DNA of 56,239 bases from a virus (Duplodnaviria; Caudoviricetes). Under the pieces are notes generated by a model. The model was not told the DNA's origin. It saw only the letters and a list, made by a program, of their open reading frames with translations, and did not search any database. The stretch is taken from positions 1 to 56,239 of the IMG/VR virus record IMGVR_UViG_3300049927_000161, one strand, 5' to 3'. The stretch's first letter is position 1; each line of letters opens with the position of its first letter. This document shows positions 38,883 through 48,352 of this stretch, piece by piece. The position numbers were made by a program, and so were the translations under genes.

Positions 38883-39788
38883 TTACATGGGTGAATCTTC
38901 ATCAACTTCTTGTTGCTGATAATGCTGAGCGTCAGTCGCTTTAACATTAAATTTATTTTCATTAATCTGTTTATAAAGATCACGCGCTTTTAAGTAAATC
39001 ATTGAACCGTTTGGCACATTCACAATGTCTCCGTGACGCGTGATAACCCAGCCCATCCATGTTCCTTTTGAATTACTTTCCGGCGTTGTTGATAATTTAA
39101 AAACGGAATAGAACAATGCTGGGTTGTAAAATTTTCCTTTATTGGTCGTTGATTCAACCAACAAACTATTAATCATCGTATTGAGTGTACGAGATTTTTT
39201 AAGCTGTGTGCTAGCCATGCTCAAGACTGCAGGACTAAAAATGCCAGTTTTAATATCAACCAAGTAAACAATGTATTCAGCCGTTGGCGTAATAATGTTT
39301 CCTTCCTTAGTAATATCCCTGCCCTTCTTGTCTTTTGTGCAGCCATTCAAGACGCTGGAGTTACCACCATGATCTTTTACAATGCCGCCGCCACCAGAAG
39401 ATTCTCTGTCACGCCATTCGATATACGCAAATCGATAGGAAGCAGGCACAATATACACGCCTTCCGCGCCGTTATAGAGTTCACGAGTAGTCGTGTTAAA
39501 AATCATGCCGACTTTTGCGCCTTCGATATAATCTTCTTTTGCAGACTCATCAACTTGTGGTGATCCTTTTTGCATAATGTAAAGGCGTGGAATGGCATAG
39601 TCGGAAACTTTCATTTCTTCTTGACCTTTGCCCGCGTCTTCTTCAAACAAATTCACTGCTGCAGAAGGTAAAGTTTCAGCGTGATGAGCTTCCACTAATT
39701 CCATCTGATCTAACTTTCCTGGAACATCCACAATTTTCTCTGCCTGTTGCTGTGCTTTTTGAATTTTCTCTTTCTGTTTAGTTGCCAT
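38883..39788 (-). CDS. Putative single-stranded DNA binding/annealing protein
   Basis: IPRL.IMQ..SPQV, YIEW, MASTQLKKSR, ESN.KGTW; acidic C-terminal tail EVDEDSPM. Confidence 0.6.
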   Translation of the reverse strand: MATKQKEKIQKAQQQAEKIVDVPGKLDQMELVEAHHAETLPSAAVNLFEEDAGKGQEEMKVSDYAIPRLYIMQKGSPQVDESAKEDYIEGAKVGMIFNTTTRELYNGAEGVYIVPASYRFAYIEWRDRESSGGGGIVKDHGGNSSVLNGCTKDKKGRDITKEGNIITPTAEYIVYLVDIKTGIFSPAVLSMASTQLKKSRTLNTMINSLLVESTTNKGKFYNPALFYSVFKLSTTPESNSKGTWMGWVITRHGDIVNVPNGSMIYLKARDLYKQINENKFNVKATDAQHYQQQEVDEDSPM

Positions 39789-39806
39789 TTTCACTTCTCC
39801 TATTGT

Positions 39807-40403
39807 TTACTTTTTACGTACTTTTGCTGATGTAATTTCAGCCTTGCGACCTTCAAAAATCGCAAAAGTATCTGTCGGAACTTTTGCGCCTGCTTTGAGC
39901 TTTTCGCGGATGAACGCGCCCAGTGTTTGATGATTGACGGATTCTTTTTCCTCAACCAACACTGCCAAGCTTTCCGCAAATTCTTTAATTTTCTGAGCGA
40001 CTTCTTTATTGTCTTTGCCAACGTCTGCAATAATTTGATTTTTAATAATGGCCGCGCCGTCATTTTCACGTAACCACTTAAGCCCTTCCAGCCTACGCAA
40101 TTTTGCCGCCATGTCTTTTTCTGCTGCACCTTCCGCGGGCAATGACGAATTAATAAAGCTTTTAATCTTAATCATTGAGCCGTCTGTCAACGTGAATTCT
40201 TTAATTCTGAATTGATCCATCAGGTTTGGAAGATCAACACTTTCAATCCTGTTCAATTCTTCTTGTTCTATTTTTAATTTTTTCTCAATTTCTATAATTA
40301 AATTCTGTTGATAAATAATCTTATTCGCCAACTCAGAAATATTTTTAAAATCGCCTGAAATTGTTTGAACGTCTTCTTCAAAGTTTATGTTATCTGACAT
40401 CAT
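39807..40403 (-). CDS. Conserved phage replication-module protein
   Basis: Coiled coil, then LPNLM, WLRENDG.AIIK, VNHQTL.AFIRE; typically precedes the SSB-like gene. Confidence 0.65.
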   Translation of the reverse strand: MMSDNINFEEDVQTISGDFKNISELANKIIYQQNLIIEIEKKLKIEQEELNRIESVDLPNLMDQFRIKEFTLTDGSMIKIKSFINSSLPAEGAAEKDMAAKLRRLEGLKWLRENDGAAIIKNQIIADVGKDNKEVAQKIKEFAESLAVLVEEKESVNHQTLGAFIREKLKAGAKVPTDTFAIFEGRKAEITSAKVRKK

Positions 40404-40416
40404 AATTGTTCCTTAA

Positions 40417-40797
40417 TTAATAGAGTTCTTTTAAATCGTAACAAACAGGAATGTAATACCCGTCACGGAATATGACGTTGCCTTCTTCGTCTTTTTTGCG
40501 CACACGATTCCAAATTAGAAAATTGATTTTGTCAAGTGACATATAGTTAGACAAAATCATCACGGCAATATGCGCGGCGGAAGGATCACCACCCCACGGC
40601 CACAGAACATAATCTTTTTCAAAATTAAAATCCTTTAGCGCGTCCCTTGCTATGCGAATAGACTTGACGTTATTGCCATTGACTGGATAGCCATTTTCAA
40701 AAATAAATTTTAATTCGCCGTACTTAACAGCGGAACTTAGATCGGGAGTCCATTTTTTTTCTGTTGGGGCAGCTTGATGAGTTACATAGACCGTCAT
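40417..40797 (-). CDS. Hypothetical protein
   Basis: First gene of the leftward operon; DLSSA.KYG, GDP motifs. Confidence 0.6.
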   Translation of the reverse strand: MTVYVTHQAAPTEKKWTPDLSSAVKYGELKFIFENGYPVNGNNVKSIRIARDALKDFNFEKDYVLWPWGGDPSAAHIAVMILSNYMSLDKINFLIWNRVRKKDEEGNVIFRDGYYIPVCYDLKELY

Positions 40798-41034
40798 TAT
40801 AAAAACCTTATTCCTATTTATTTTTTCTACTCTACATATTCTATTTTAAAAAATACAGCTCGCTAATGAGAGTTAATAAAATATTTTTTCATGCGGCTAG
40901 AATACCACAAAAAATATTTTGTAAAAGTGTGCGAATAGAAGAATTATAAAAACTCTGTTATTTATTTTGTTTTAACTTTTTTTAAAAAGACGTAGAGTGT
41001 CTATCCGTTTTTAGAAAAAAATAATTGGATCAAT

Positions 41035-43119
41035 ATGCAAAATTTTGAAAAAATACACGCCGTTTATAAATACTTAATGGCGCAATTAACTCTCAACAAT
41101 GACCATAAAGAAAATTTACTCAAGCGCGGATTCAACGCAAACGACATTGAAGTTCTCGGCTATAAGTCCTTGCCAATCCAGCGCGCGCACATTGCCGCCG
41201 CGTGCGCTAATCAATTTAACAATGATTTAAGTGGTGTTCCGGGCTTTTGGAAAAATGATCATGGCGTGTGGCAGCTTTCCGGCCAAGCCGGATTGTGTGT
41301 GCCAGTACGTAACATAGATGGATTGTTCTCTGCTATTAAAATACGTTCTGACAATTCCAACAGCAAACAAAAATACACGCATCTAAGCAGCAATCCAAAA
41401 ACCGACGCCGACGGCAAAACGAATTATCCGCACGGCACAGCCGCTACAATCTCTGTGCATTATCCTATTATAGAAAGTCGCGGTAAGTTGTTGCGAATAA
41501 CAGAGGGAGAAATAAAATCTGACTTAATCAGTTTGCTTAATGCGACTTATACGATATCCATTCCAGGAATTAACGCGTGGGAATGGGCGTTGGACAGCGT
41601 TAAAATCCTAAAACCAGAACGTGTACTTCTTGCGTTTGATGCAGATAAGAACAAAAGAACTTCTACCAGTACGGGGGCGGACACCGAGCCGTTTGCTGTT
41701 GCGAAGGCTCTCTCACAATTATATCTCGCATTAAAAGAGTTAAAGATCGATGTCGTAATAGAAGACTGGCCGGAAGAACACGGGAAAGGTCTTGATGACG
41801 TGTTGTCCGCTGGGTTTGATCAAATCAGAATTTTAACCGAAAACGAAGCCAAAGAATTTGTAGAAGACGCGCTTAAAAACACAATGCCGACGGACTGGCT
41901 CTACGTAATCAGCGCAAGAAAATTCATCAATTTGACTTCCATGCAAAAATTGGACAAAGAAGGATTTAATGATAAGTTCGCGCCTAACTTTAAAAAAGGT
42001 TCACCAAGCGATGCCGTGTTGCGCAATCCAGCGTTCCCCCGCGTTGATGACCAACTGTTTGAGCCGCGCAAACCCGTGATAATAGAAGAGAATCATCAGC
42101 GTTTTTTAAATCTGTGGCGGCCAAGTGATGTGCAGCCGGAAGCTGGCACGCCGGAAGTTTTCCTACGTCATTGCGAATATTTAATTCCAAACGAAGAAGA
42201 GCGCAACATACTCTATGATTTTTTAGCGCATAATATTCAGCACGAAGGCGACAAAATACGCTGGGCGATTATTTTGCAAACGATTGACGGCACGGGTAAA
42301 AGTTACTTCGGCAAGTTAATGAAAAAATTACTGGGAAAGTGGAACGTCTCAACACCGACTAACAATGAAATTCATCAAGACTTTAACTCATGGCAAAAAG
42401 CGTGTTCGTTTGTTGTCGTAGAGGAAATAATGAGCAAGGGAAAGCTTGATTTAATGAATTCATTGAAGACCGTTATTTCTGAGCCTGACGCAAGAATAAG
42501 GGAAATGCACAGAGATTTCTATTCCACTGAAAATAAATTCAACATGCTGATGTTCACAAACCACCGCGACGCAATCATTGTCGATGAAAATGATCGTCGT
42601 TATTGCGCTATCTATACTGACGCCATACCAAAAGAAACATCGTATTTTAAAACGCTCTGGGACGATACCGAACAAAACGCTGGCAAGATTTTAAACTTTT
42701 TGCAACAGCGTGATTTAAGCAAATTTGAGCCAAAAGCCCACGCGCCAATGACCGCCGGTAAAAAAGAATTAATACGGAATAGTCGTAGCGCGTTAGTTTC
42801 ATGGATGGAAGAATGTATAGAAACGCAAACATGGCCATTCCACAGCGACCTAGTTTCAACGCTACACTTGCTGGAGTGTCTGCCTCACCACTTAAAATTA
42901 ACTTCAATCAATGCGCTGGGCAATGCGTTAACGAAATTAAAATTTGATAAGCCACGCATTGTTAGACTTTCCAACGGATCCAAAGCCCGCGTGTGGGCTA
43001 TACGTAAAAAAGAAATTTATAATTGTGCAACGGAAAAATTTATTGCAGACGAATATGAAAAAGGTCTAAAGGAAAAAATTCCAGGCGCAAATCCTCTATT
43101 AGAAGCAAAACCGTTTTAA
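41035..43119 (+). CDS. Primase (Toprim/DUF3854-like) fused to SF3 helicase (DUF5906-like)
   Basis: ITEGEIK, LAFDAD, KGLDD Toprim motifs; GTGKS, VVEE, FTN, DRRY helicase motifs. Confidence 0.9.
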   Translation: MQNFEKIHAVYKYLMAQLTLNNDHKENLLKRGFNANDIEVLGYKSLPIQRAHIAAACANQFNNDLSGVPGFWKNDHGVWQLSGQAGLCVPVRNIDGLFSAIKIRSDNSNSKQKYTHLSSNPKTDADGKTNYPHGTAATISVHYPIIESRGKLLRITEGEIKSDLISLLNATYTISIPGINAWEWALDSVKILKPERVLLAFDADKNKRTSTSTGADTEPFAVAKALSQLYLALKELKIDVVIEDWPEEHGKGLDDVLSAGFDQIRILTENEAKEFVEDALKNTMPTDWLYVISARKFINLTSMQKLDKEGFNDKFAPNFKKGSPSDAVLRNPAFPRVDDQLFEPRKPVIIEENHQRFLNLWRPSDVQPEAGTPEVFLRHCEYLIPNEEERNILYDFLAHNIQHEGDKIRWAIILQTIDGTGKSYFGKLMKKLLGKWNVSTPTNNEIHQDFNSWQKACSFVVVEEIMSKGKLDLMNSLKTVISEPDARIREMHRDFYSTENKFNMLMFTNHRDAIIVDENDRRYCAIYTDAIPKETSYFKTLWDDTEQNAGKILNFLQQRDLSKFEPKAHAPMTAGKKELIRNSRSALVSWMEECIETQTWPFHSDLVSTLHLLECLPHHLKLTSINALGNALTKLKFDKPRIVRLSNGSKARVWAIRKKEIYNCATEKFIADEYEKGLKEKIPGANPLLEAKPF

Positions 43120-43189
43120 TTTTGCATTGTATATATAGTATAGATCAATTAAAATTATTTTGAATTTATTTAATTAAAAGGAAATATTT

Positions 43190-43558
43190 ATGCTTAACAA
43201 TTCAATGACATTATTCGGTAACAATTCAAATACTGGTATTATTCCACACGCAACGGAAAGTGACGCAATCTACATTATATACGCTGTCGGCGGACTTATC
43301 GGATTGGGCGTCGTCGTTACGTGTTGCATACTGTGCTATCTCAATTTCTGTCAACGAGTGAACGACGAAACTATTATTCCAGCCAGTAGATCATTAACGC
43401 CAGAAGAGGAAGAAGACATAAATTTGAATTACTCAAATATGATTGACGGAACGTCTGAAATTCCACTCGGCGCATTAACAAGCAGTGATGAATTATTGCA
43501 TACGCCCTACGAGAGCGATGTTGAGATGTACGATAATTTACATGTTAGCTTTGGTTAA
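43190..43558 (+). CDS. Single-pass membrane protein with juxtamembrane Cys and acidic Tyr-motif tail
   Basis: TM helix AIYIIYAVGGLIGLGVVVTCCILCYL; own SD AAAAGGA; candidate promoter TTGTAT(43127)-17-TAAAAT(43150). Confidence 0.7.
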   Translation: MLNNSMTLFGNNSNTGIIPHATESDAIYIIYAVGGLIGLGVVVTCCILCYLNFCQRVNDETIIPASRSLTPEEEEDINLNYSNMIDGTSEIPLGALTSSDELLHTPYESDVEMYDNLHVSFG

Positions 43559-44030
43559 TTTTTTTTGCTAAAACATACCCATTCTTTAAAAGATTGACCA
43601 GTATCATTCCCAGTAGATTAACTAGGATCGGATTATGGTGAACTTCAAGGAATGGGCTTTTTAATACTTCGCCTTTTGAATTTTGGTTGTAGGGCGTATT
43701 AGGATTTTCAAAAAAATCATTTTCAAATACCGCACCATACTTACCATTTTCTTCTTTATAAATTCTTAATGACATACGATCAATTTTTAGTGGAATCAAG
43801 TGAAAAATTTCTGCCAAGGTATACGCTGAATAAACAGAAAGTATCTTAATTTCTGCGTCCTTTTCAGCTTCAAAAATTCCCCCTTTACACATGATTTCCT
43901 GCTCTGTGTCGCCGTCTTCTAGATACTTAATTTCTACATGATAATACCAAGATTCTTGACGCACTCCAAGACGGCGAAGTTCTTTTGAAATATAAAGATT
44001 TGTTCTTTCTTCTTCACTTTGTAAAATCAT
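43545..44030 (-). CDS. Hypothetical phage protein
   Basis: SKELRRLGV.QES and SAYTLAEI..LIP motifs common in phage early genes. Confidence 0.7.
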   Translation of the reverse strand: MILQSEEERTNLYISKELRRLGVRQESWYYHVEIKYLEDGDTEQEIMCKGGIFEAEKDAEIKILSVYSAYTLAEIFHLIPLKIDRMSLRIYKEENGKYGAVFENDFFENPNTPYNQNSKGEVLKSPFLEVHHNPILVNLLGMILVNLLKNGYVLAKKINQS

Positions 44031-44203
44031 TTAAAACTCTCCTTGGTGACTTGTAGATTGATACTGTAAATTGTGCATCCAACGTATTTCTCAGAAAAAA
44101 TCTTTACGGCTTCAGGTTCGCTCGTCGCCCACACAGTCGTTTTGAAAATAGAACGCATGGGTGGGCGATGGTATTGCACGTTAAATATTTTCTCTTCATT
44201 CAT
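44027..44203 (-). CDS. Small beta-beta-alpha protein (A.SE.EA family)
   Basis: VWATSEPEAVKIF. Confidence 0.55.
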   Translation of the reverse strand: MNEEKIFNVQYHRPPMRSIFKTTVWATSEPEAVKIFSEKYVGCTIYSINLQVTKESFK

Positions 44204-44447
44204 TTTTACTTTCCTCTTCACAAATTTGACACCACACGGCGTGAACTTTAATGGAATAACTGTAACGATGATACGCGCCGGTTATTCCATTAAAATCAAC
44301 TTCTATTCTTTTAGCCAAACCTTTTCTAATTAAAATTCCAGCGGAATATGGCGGAACTTGACTGTCATTGCTGCAAATTTTATCTAACGCTCTGCGGCAC
44401 GGTCTGGAGAGTTCTTTGATTGTTTTATAAATTTCTTCAGGCGTCAT
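44196..44447 (-). CDS. Hypothetical protein (possible winged helix)
   Basis: LS...RRAL...LIRKGLA. Confidence 0.55.
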   Translation of the reverse strand: MTPEEIYKTIKELSRPCRRALDKICSNDSQVPPYSAGILIRKGLAKRIEVDFNGITGAYHRYSYSIKVHAVWCQICEEESKNE

Positions 44448-44626
44448 TAAAACACTTCCCTAAAGATCTTAACGAGCAATGCAAGTTCTATCACAACACC
44501 AATGAAATCGGCAATGTATTCTATGAGGTCTATTTTAAAATAGATTGAGCCTACAAGTCCGGCGGAGAAAATTATCAGTACAGATAATTGGACTAGGTTT
44601 ATTTTAGTTCTAGTAAGATTCATCAT
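44447..44626 (-). CDS. 59-aa two-TM membrane protein (not in ORF track)
   Basis: MMNLTRTKINLVQLSVLIIFSAGLVGSIYFKIDLIEYIADFIGVVIELALLVKIFREVF*; coupled to neighbours. Confidence 0.55.
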   Translation of the reverse strand: MMNLTRTKINLVQLSVLIIFSAGLVGSIYFKIDLIEYIADFIGVVIELALLVKIFREVF

Positions 44627-44840
44627 ATTCCTCTAAAATTTCATCAAATAATTTATTAATATAAAGTTCTTCTTTCTTTTTTAAGACTGCCAATTTGCGC
44701 TTATAAGATTTTATAGCTTCGCCTAGTTCTGGAAATTCCTTGCAGACAAGTTCAAAACTAGAATAATTTTCTGGATCACGTTCGTCAAAGAAATACCTTA
44801 ACGATTGAACACAACTTAATAATTCTTGCCTATCCATCAT
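44610..44840 (-). CDS. Hypothetical protein
   Basis: ATGA-coupled. Confidence 0.6.
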   Translation of the reverse strand: MMDRQELLSCVQSLRYFFDERDPENYSSFELVCKEFPELGEAIKSYKRKLAVLKKKEELYINKLFDEILEEYDESY

Positions 44841-45058
44841 TCCTTATCATTTTCTTTATAAGTAAAAACAGGACATCGTGTACACTTATATTCAAAAATG
44901 CCGTTTGGCAACGTAAACCTTTCTTCAGCGAAAGTGTGCCAGCCAAAATAACACCGTATTTTTCCGATAAATTTTAGCACCGGATAAAGACAGACGGCGA
45001 CGACTAAGCCAATACAGAGCTCAAGTTGAAGCCACGCGGCCATTTCTTCATTAGTCAT
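44837..45058 (-). CDS. TM plus CYFGxH...CxRC (DUF1660-like) zinc-binding protein
   Basis: KIRCYFGWHTF...YKCTRC; ATG 45058 with SD GGAG. Confidence 0.65.
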   Translation of the reverse strand: MTNEEMAAWLQLELCIGLVVAVCLYPVLKFIGKIRCYFGWHTFAEERFTLPNGIFEYKCTRCPVFTYKENDKE

Positions 45059-45062
45059 ATTC

Positions 45063-45287
45063 TTACTCCAACGCTTTAAAACAACAAATCTGACATCGTG
45101 TACACTGGTATTTAAAAATGCCTTTTTCGATAATTTCTTCAATGTTTGCGTCGAGCATTTCTTCGCGGAATTTATGAAAGCCAAAATAACACTTTATTCT
45201 TCCGATGTACCATTCAAAGCAAATAACAAAGCCCGCGCTCATACAAATCATTAGTGATAAGCTCAGAACTATTTCTGCACCTGTCAT
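45063..45287 (-). CDS. TM plus CYFGxH...CxRC (DUF1660-like) paralog
   Basis: RIKCYFGFHKF...YQCTRC. Confidence 0.65.
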   Translation of the reverse strand: MTGAEIVLSLSLMICMSAGFVICFEWYIGRIKCYFGFHKFREEMLDANIEEIIEKGIFKYQCTRCQICCFKALE

Positions 45288-45490
45288 CGTCTACTCCTTT
45301 TATCACAACCACACCGAATACAATACATATTCGGACAGGAAGAATGCCACACAAAATCATGCAATCCAAAATAACACAGTAATTTTTTCATAAATCGCCT
45401 CACGGTTCTTGATAAAAAACGAATACGAACTCTACAGTACCACACGCGCACTTTAATGAAAATATTAAGCTTCTTTACTAAGTTCCACAT
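45284..45490 (-). CDS. CYFGxH...CxRC (DUF1660-like) paralog
   Basis: KLLCYFGLHDF...YCIRCG. Confidence 0.6.
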   Translation of the reverse strand: MWNLVKKLNIFIKVRVWYCRVRIRFLSRTVRRFMKKLLCYFGLHDFVWHSSCPNMYCIRCGCDKRSRR

Positions 45491-45797
45491 ATTTTTTAAA
45501 CCTTAAAATGTATTTGTTTAACTTATTGCGCTCTTGCAGCGTGCAATGCGTATAGCTTCTAATCGCTGTCAATATTGTGTGCTTGGACTCGTCAAATTCT
45601 TTGTAGGAGAATTTGAAAATCATTATGTCTTCTTTATACATGATCTCAAGATAGCAATCATTGCGCGTTGCTCCGTCAATAAAATTAACGTGCCACGTAA
45701 AAGTAGACTCTAAATAGGCATTGACTTCAGAATCTTTTAAGGGAAATTTTCTCCCCTTAAAAGTAAAAAACCACTGTTTTTTATTTTCCATTGCCAT
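45465..45797 (-). CDS. Hypothetical protein
   Basis: In operon orientation; start uncertain. Confidence 0.5.
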   Translation of the reverse strand: MAMENKKQWFFTFKGRKFPLKDSEVNAYLESTFTWHVNFIDGATRNDCYLEIMYKEDIMIFKFSYKEFDESKHTILTAIRSYTHCTLQERNKLNKYILRFKKYVELSKEA

Positions 45798-45957
45798 GCC
45801 ACCACTTTTTAAATTTAAACGCAATGACGTAAAATATTTCTGCAGATATTACAAGACCAAAGAACAACGCAATGACGTGCAGGGGACGCGGGCTAAAGAC
45901 AATGTCACTTATAAGCAAAATGAACATGAGATATACTACGTTTGTGAGTTGTTTCAT
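45781..45957 (-). CDS. 58-aa two-TM membrane protein (not in ORF track)
   Basis: MKQLTNVVYLMFILLISDIVFSPRPLHVIALFFGLVISAEIFYVIAFKFKKWWHGNGK*; SD GAGGA. Confidence 0.55.
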   Translation of the reverse strand: MKQLTNVVYLMFILLISDIVFSPRPLHVIALFFGLVISAEIFYVIAFKFKKWWHGNGK

Positions 45958-46106
45958 GGAGTTTCCTCGTTAGTTGATAAATTATCAGGTAGTAAAAATG
46001 CCAACGGAACTGATTTTTCTACTGCAATTTTTTCTATTTGTTTTATTATAAATTTTTTCAAAATTTCTTTTTCTTCACTGGTAAGCGTGCATTCTTTTAA
46101 TAACAT
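45954..46106 (-). CDS. 50-aa hypothetical protein (not in ORF track)
   Basis: MLLKECTLTSEEKEILKKFIIKQIEK...*; ATGA-coupled to the next gene. Confidence 0.5.
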   Translation of the reverse strand: MLLKECTLTSEEKEILKKFIIKQIEKIAVEKSVPLAFLLPDNLSTNEETP

Positions 46107-46624
46107 GAAATATTATGCTCCAACATTAGCCTCATAAAGAAATTTCCCCAACATGCATTAATAATCAGCCAACGATCCCATAAGTTTTTATTTTCAATTT
46201 CATGCCAGTGAGTGATTCTGAATCCAGACCTATTATAAATCGTGCGTGCCAAAACAGCGCATCTAAATGAGCCGTCTTCTAATAGCCATTGATCGTCAGG
46301 CATCAATATTGCTCTATAAATTTTACCAGAAAATTCTAGAGCATACACAACACGAGCAGTTCCAGGAAGCGACTCGTCGCAAGATTTCCATGTTGAAGCT
46401 TGTTTTTCCTTAGGATTATATTTTTCCAACACTTTTGGATCAACGCCGCCTTGGTAAACTTCCAAGATTGACTTTTGAGTTCCAGAATGTCTACATTCAT
46501 CATAAAATTCTCTAATCGCAAGTTCTCTACTCTGAGCAGCAATATAAGCAAAGTAATTTTCTCCACTACTTACGTCTTTATAGTGGACGGTATATTGATA
46601 CATGGGCGCGTCTTGATGTTCCAT
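46097..46624 (-). CDS. A.S.E.A-family domain fused to a DUF551-like domain
   Basis: IAAQSRELAIREF; WKSCDESLP...ITHWHEI. Confidence 0.65.
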   Translation of the reverse strand: MEHQDAPMYQYTVHYKDVSSGENYFAYIAAQSRELAIREFYDECRHSGTQKSILEVYQGGVDPKVLEKYNPKEKQASTWKSCDESLPGTARVVYALEFSGKIYRAILMPDDQWLLEDGSFRCAVLARTIYNRSGFRITHWHEIENKNLWDRWLIINACWGNFFMRLMLEHNISCY

Positions 46625-46815
46625 TATCTCTCCTTATTACATTCACTGCATAATTCCACGATTCTTTCAAATCTCCATTGGCTACATTCGCGACGGAAGG
46701 AATCTTTCGCGTATTCCACACTTGTAGCATGGATAATAATCGTGTCATGACACTTAATCATATCGTTATAGAAGTATATCTTAAATGTTTTAATGCCATT
46801 ACTAAAATCCATCAT
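46624..46815 (-). CDS. Small A.S.E.A-family protein
   Basis: IHATSVEYAKDSFRREC. Confidence 0.55.
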   Translation of the reverse strand: MMDFSNGIKTFKIYFYNDMIKCHDTIIIHATSVEYAKDSFRRECSQWRFERIVELCSECNKER

Positions 46816-47096
46816 AACTCTCCTATTTTACGCTCAATTTCGTTGACTATTTGATAATGCGTTTCCTCTGGTACGCCAATACTGCTAACGTATTCTTCTT
46901 TGTTAACGTCATAATAAAACGATTCATACGGGCTTGGAATCGGTCGATGCAGAACTGCTGCAAGATCATTAAAACTTTTAGTCTTATAAAATGACGCACA
47001 GCCTTCAAACAACTCAAAATTAAAATATATTCTGTCTTTACCGTTCTGCATCCAGCGTTTACCGCCGAGTTCAACCATTTTTTGTGTTTTGTGCAT
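46812..47096 (-). CDS. Hypothetical phage protein
   Basis: GGKRW..NGKDRIYFN and FYYDV motifs. Confidence 0.65.
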   Translation of the reverse strand: MHKTQKMVELGGKRWMQNGKDRIYFNFELFEGCASFYKTKSFNDLAAVLHRPIPSPYESFYYDVNKEEYVSSIGVPEETHYQIVNEIERKIGEL

Positions 47097-47098
47097 GG

Positions 47099-47278
47099 TT
47101 ATTCCTCTATTTCTTCTGTTTCGACGATTTCTATAGAATGTTTTTCAATTCCGTCTGAAAAGCTTTCAGCAAACTCTTTTATTAATTCTTTTTCTGCTTC
47201 GTCTTCAGAAACAGCAAGAATTTCATATACTCGATGGTATTTTATTATTGCTGTTATCTCATATTTCTTTAACATCAT
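47099..47278 (-). CDS. 59-aa DpnD/PcfM-like small protein (not in ORF track)
   Basis: MMLKKYEITAIIKYHRVYEILAVSEDEAEKELIKEF...*; SD AAGGA. Confidence 0.6.
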   Translation of the reverse strand: MMLKKYEITAIIKYHRVYEILAVSEDEAEKELIKEFAESFSDGIEKHSIEIVETEEIEE

Positions 47279-47672
47279 TGTTCCTTATTAAGGCTTGCGC
47301 GTATTGCACAGGAAATATAGGAACAAGTCCTTGTCTGTCAATAGAGATTTGACTAACACCGCCGCACGGCTCCCATCCGTTTGCGAGGAAGCTATTAATG
47401 TTTTCAACAAATTCTTTGTAGCCACCAGAAACAACGGTATATTCTTTCGTTAATTTGGCAGGCTCAACAGTCAAATCTTCTGGTTCTTGCATCGCGTTTA
47501 TAAACAATTGCGCTTTAAAATTTTCAACAGCATTTTCAAAATTGTTGCCAAAAACATATCTGTCATATTGCCAATCGTTTTTAATTTTTACATCGACTTT
47601 GTAACGCTGCAAACCATTGTGAGTTTCCTTATAGACAAAATCATATTCTTTCCCGTTCAAATTTATTTCCAC
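47259..47672 (-). CDS. Protein with C-terminal DUF1737-like domain
   Basis: EYTVVS...FVENINSFLANGWEPCGGVS...YAQALIR; N-terminus paralogous to 48966-49184. Confidence 0.65.
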   Translation of the reverse strand: MEINLNGKEYDFVYKETHNGLQRYKVDVKIKNDWQYDRYVFGNNFENAVENFKAQLFINAMQEPEDLTVEPAKLTKEYTVVSGGYKEFVENINSFLANGWEPCGGVSQISIDRQGLVPIFPVQYAQALIRNNDVKEI

Positions 47673-47673
47673 G

Positions 47674-47967
47674 TTAACTGCTCCTTTCCATAATTGCTGA
47701 TCCTTCTAAAATGAGCAAAAGCTCTTTATAGTCTGAAATACTCATGCCAGCCCGCGTTTGACGCGCTTCTTCACGCGTCACCGCGCGACGACAATTGTTT
47801 TGCATGTCTGACGTTATCGATCCTTCTAACACCCACAAGTCTCTGTCGCGCTTTTTTATAAAAACTTTTAATTGACCTGCAATGCTTAGTCTGCCAGACG
47901 CTTTGTTAGGTTCGCCCGTTGTTGTACGCTCATTGCTGTAAAATTCAAAACCGAAATAACGCTTCAT
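47674..47967 (-). CDS. Hypothetical phage protein
   Basis: TTTGEPN..SGRLSIAG motif; SD AGGAG. Confidence 0.65.
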   Translation of the reverse strand: MKRYFGFEFYSNERTTTGEPNKASGRLSIAGQLKVFIKKRDRDLWVLEGSITSDMQNNCRRAVTREEARQTRAGMSISDYKELLLILEGSAIMERSS

Positions 47968-47971
47968 ACTA

Positions 47972-48352
47972 TTAACTCCTATTATGTAATGTGTAACCTT
48001 TTATTGCATTTCTGACTAAGAGATTATGAGAAAATTGACATAGCATTCCAACAGATGCAATAGAATCATTTTTCCACAACGCTATTGAGACTGTTGGATC
48101 AGTAATCATGTCAACTACTTCAATTCGATATTTATTTTCTTCAAAACTAATAGTCACTTCAAATCTTTCTTTAACATAGGCTCCTTCCATGCTGAATACA
48201 AAATTATTGCGTCCGCCATCTTTCTTGTACGTCTCGATAGCTTCTTTAATCGCAAACGCTAGATCCAACACTTCAAGATCAAATTGTGTAAAATTCTTTT
48301 GTGTGTATTTATTTGACATCGTTTTTAAGTTTCTTTCTATAATGAACACCAT
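47972..48352 (-). CDS. Hypothetical protein
   Basis: In operon orientation; start uncertain. Confidence 0.55.
   Translation of the reverse strand: MVFIIERNLKTMSNKYTQKNFTQFDLEVLDLAFAIKEAIETYKKDGGRNNFVFSMEGAYVKERFEVTISFEENKYRIEVVDMITDPTVSIALWKNDSIASVGMLCQFSHNLLVRNAIKGYTLHNRS

Noticed and set aside
39800-40129. 109-aa alternate-frame ORF inside 39807-40403
   Set aside because: Nested out of frame in a conserved gene; its basic composition is explained by the frame shift.
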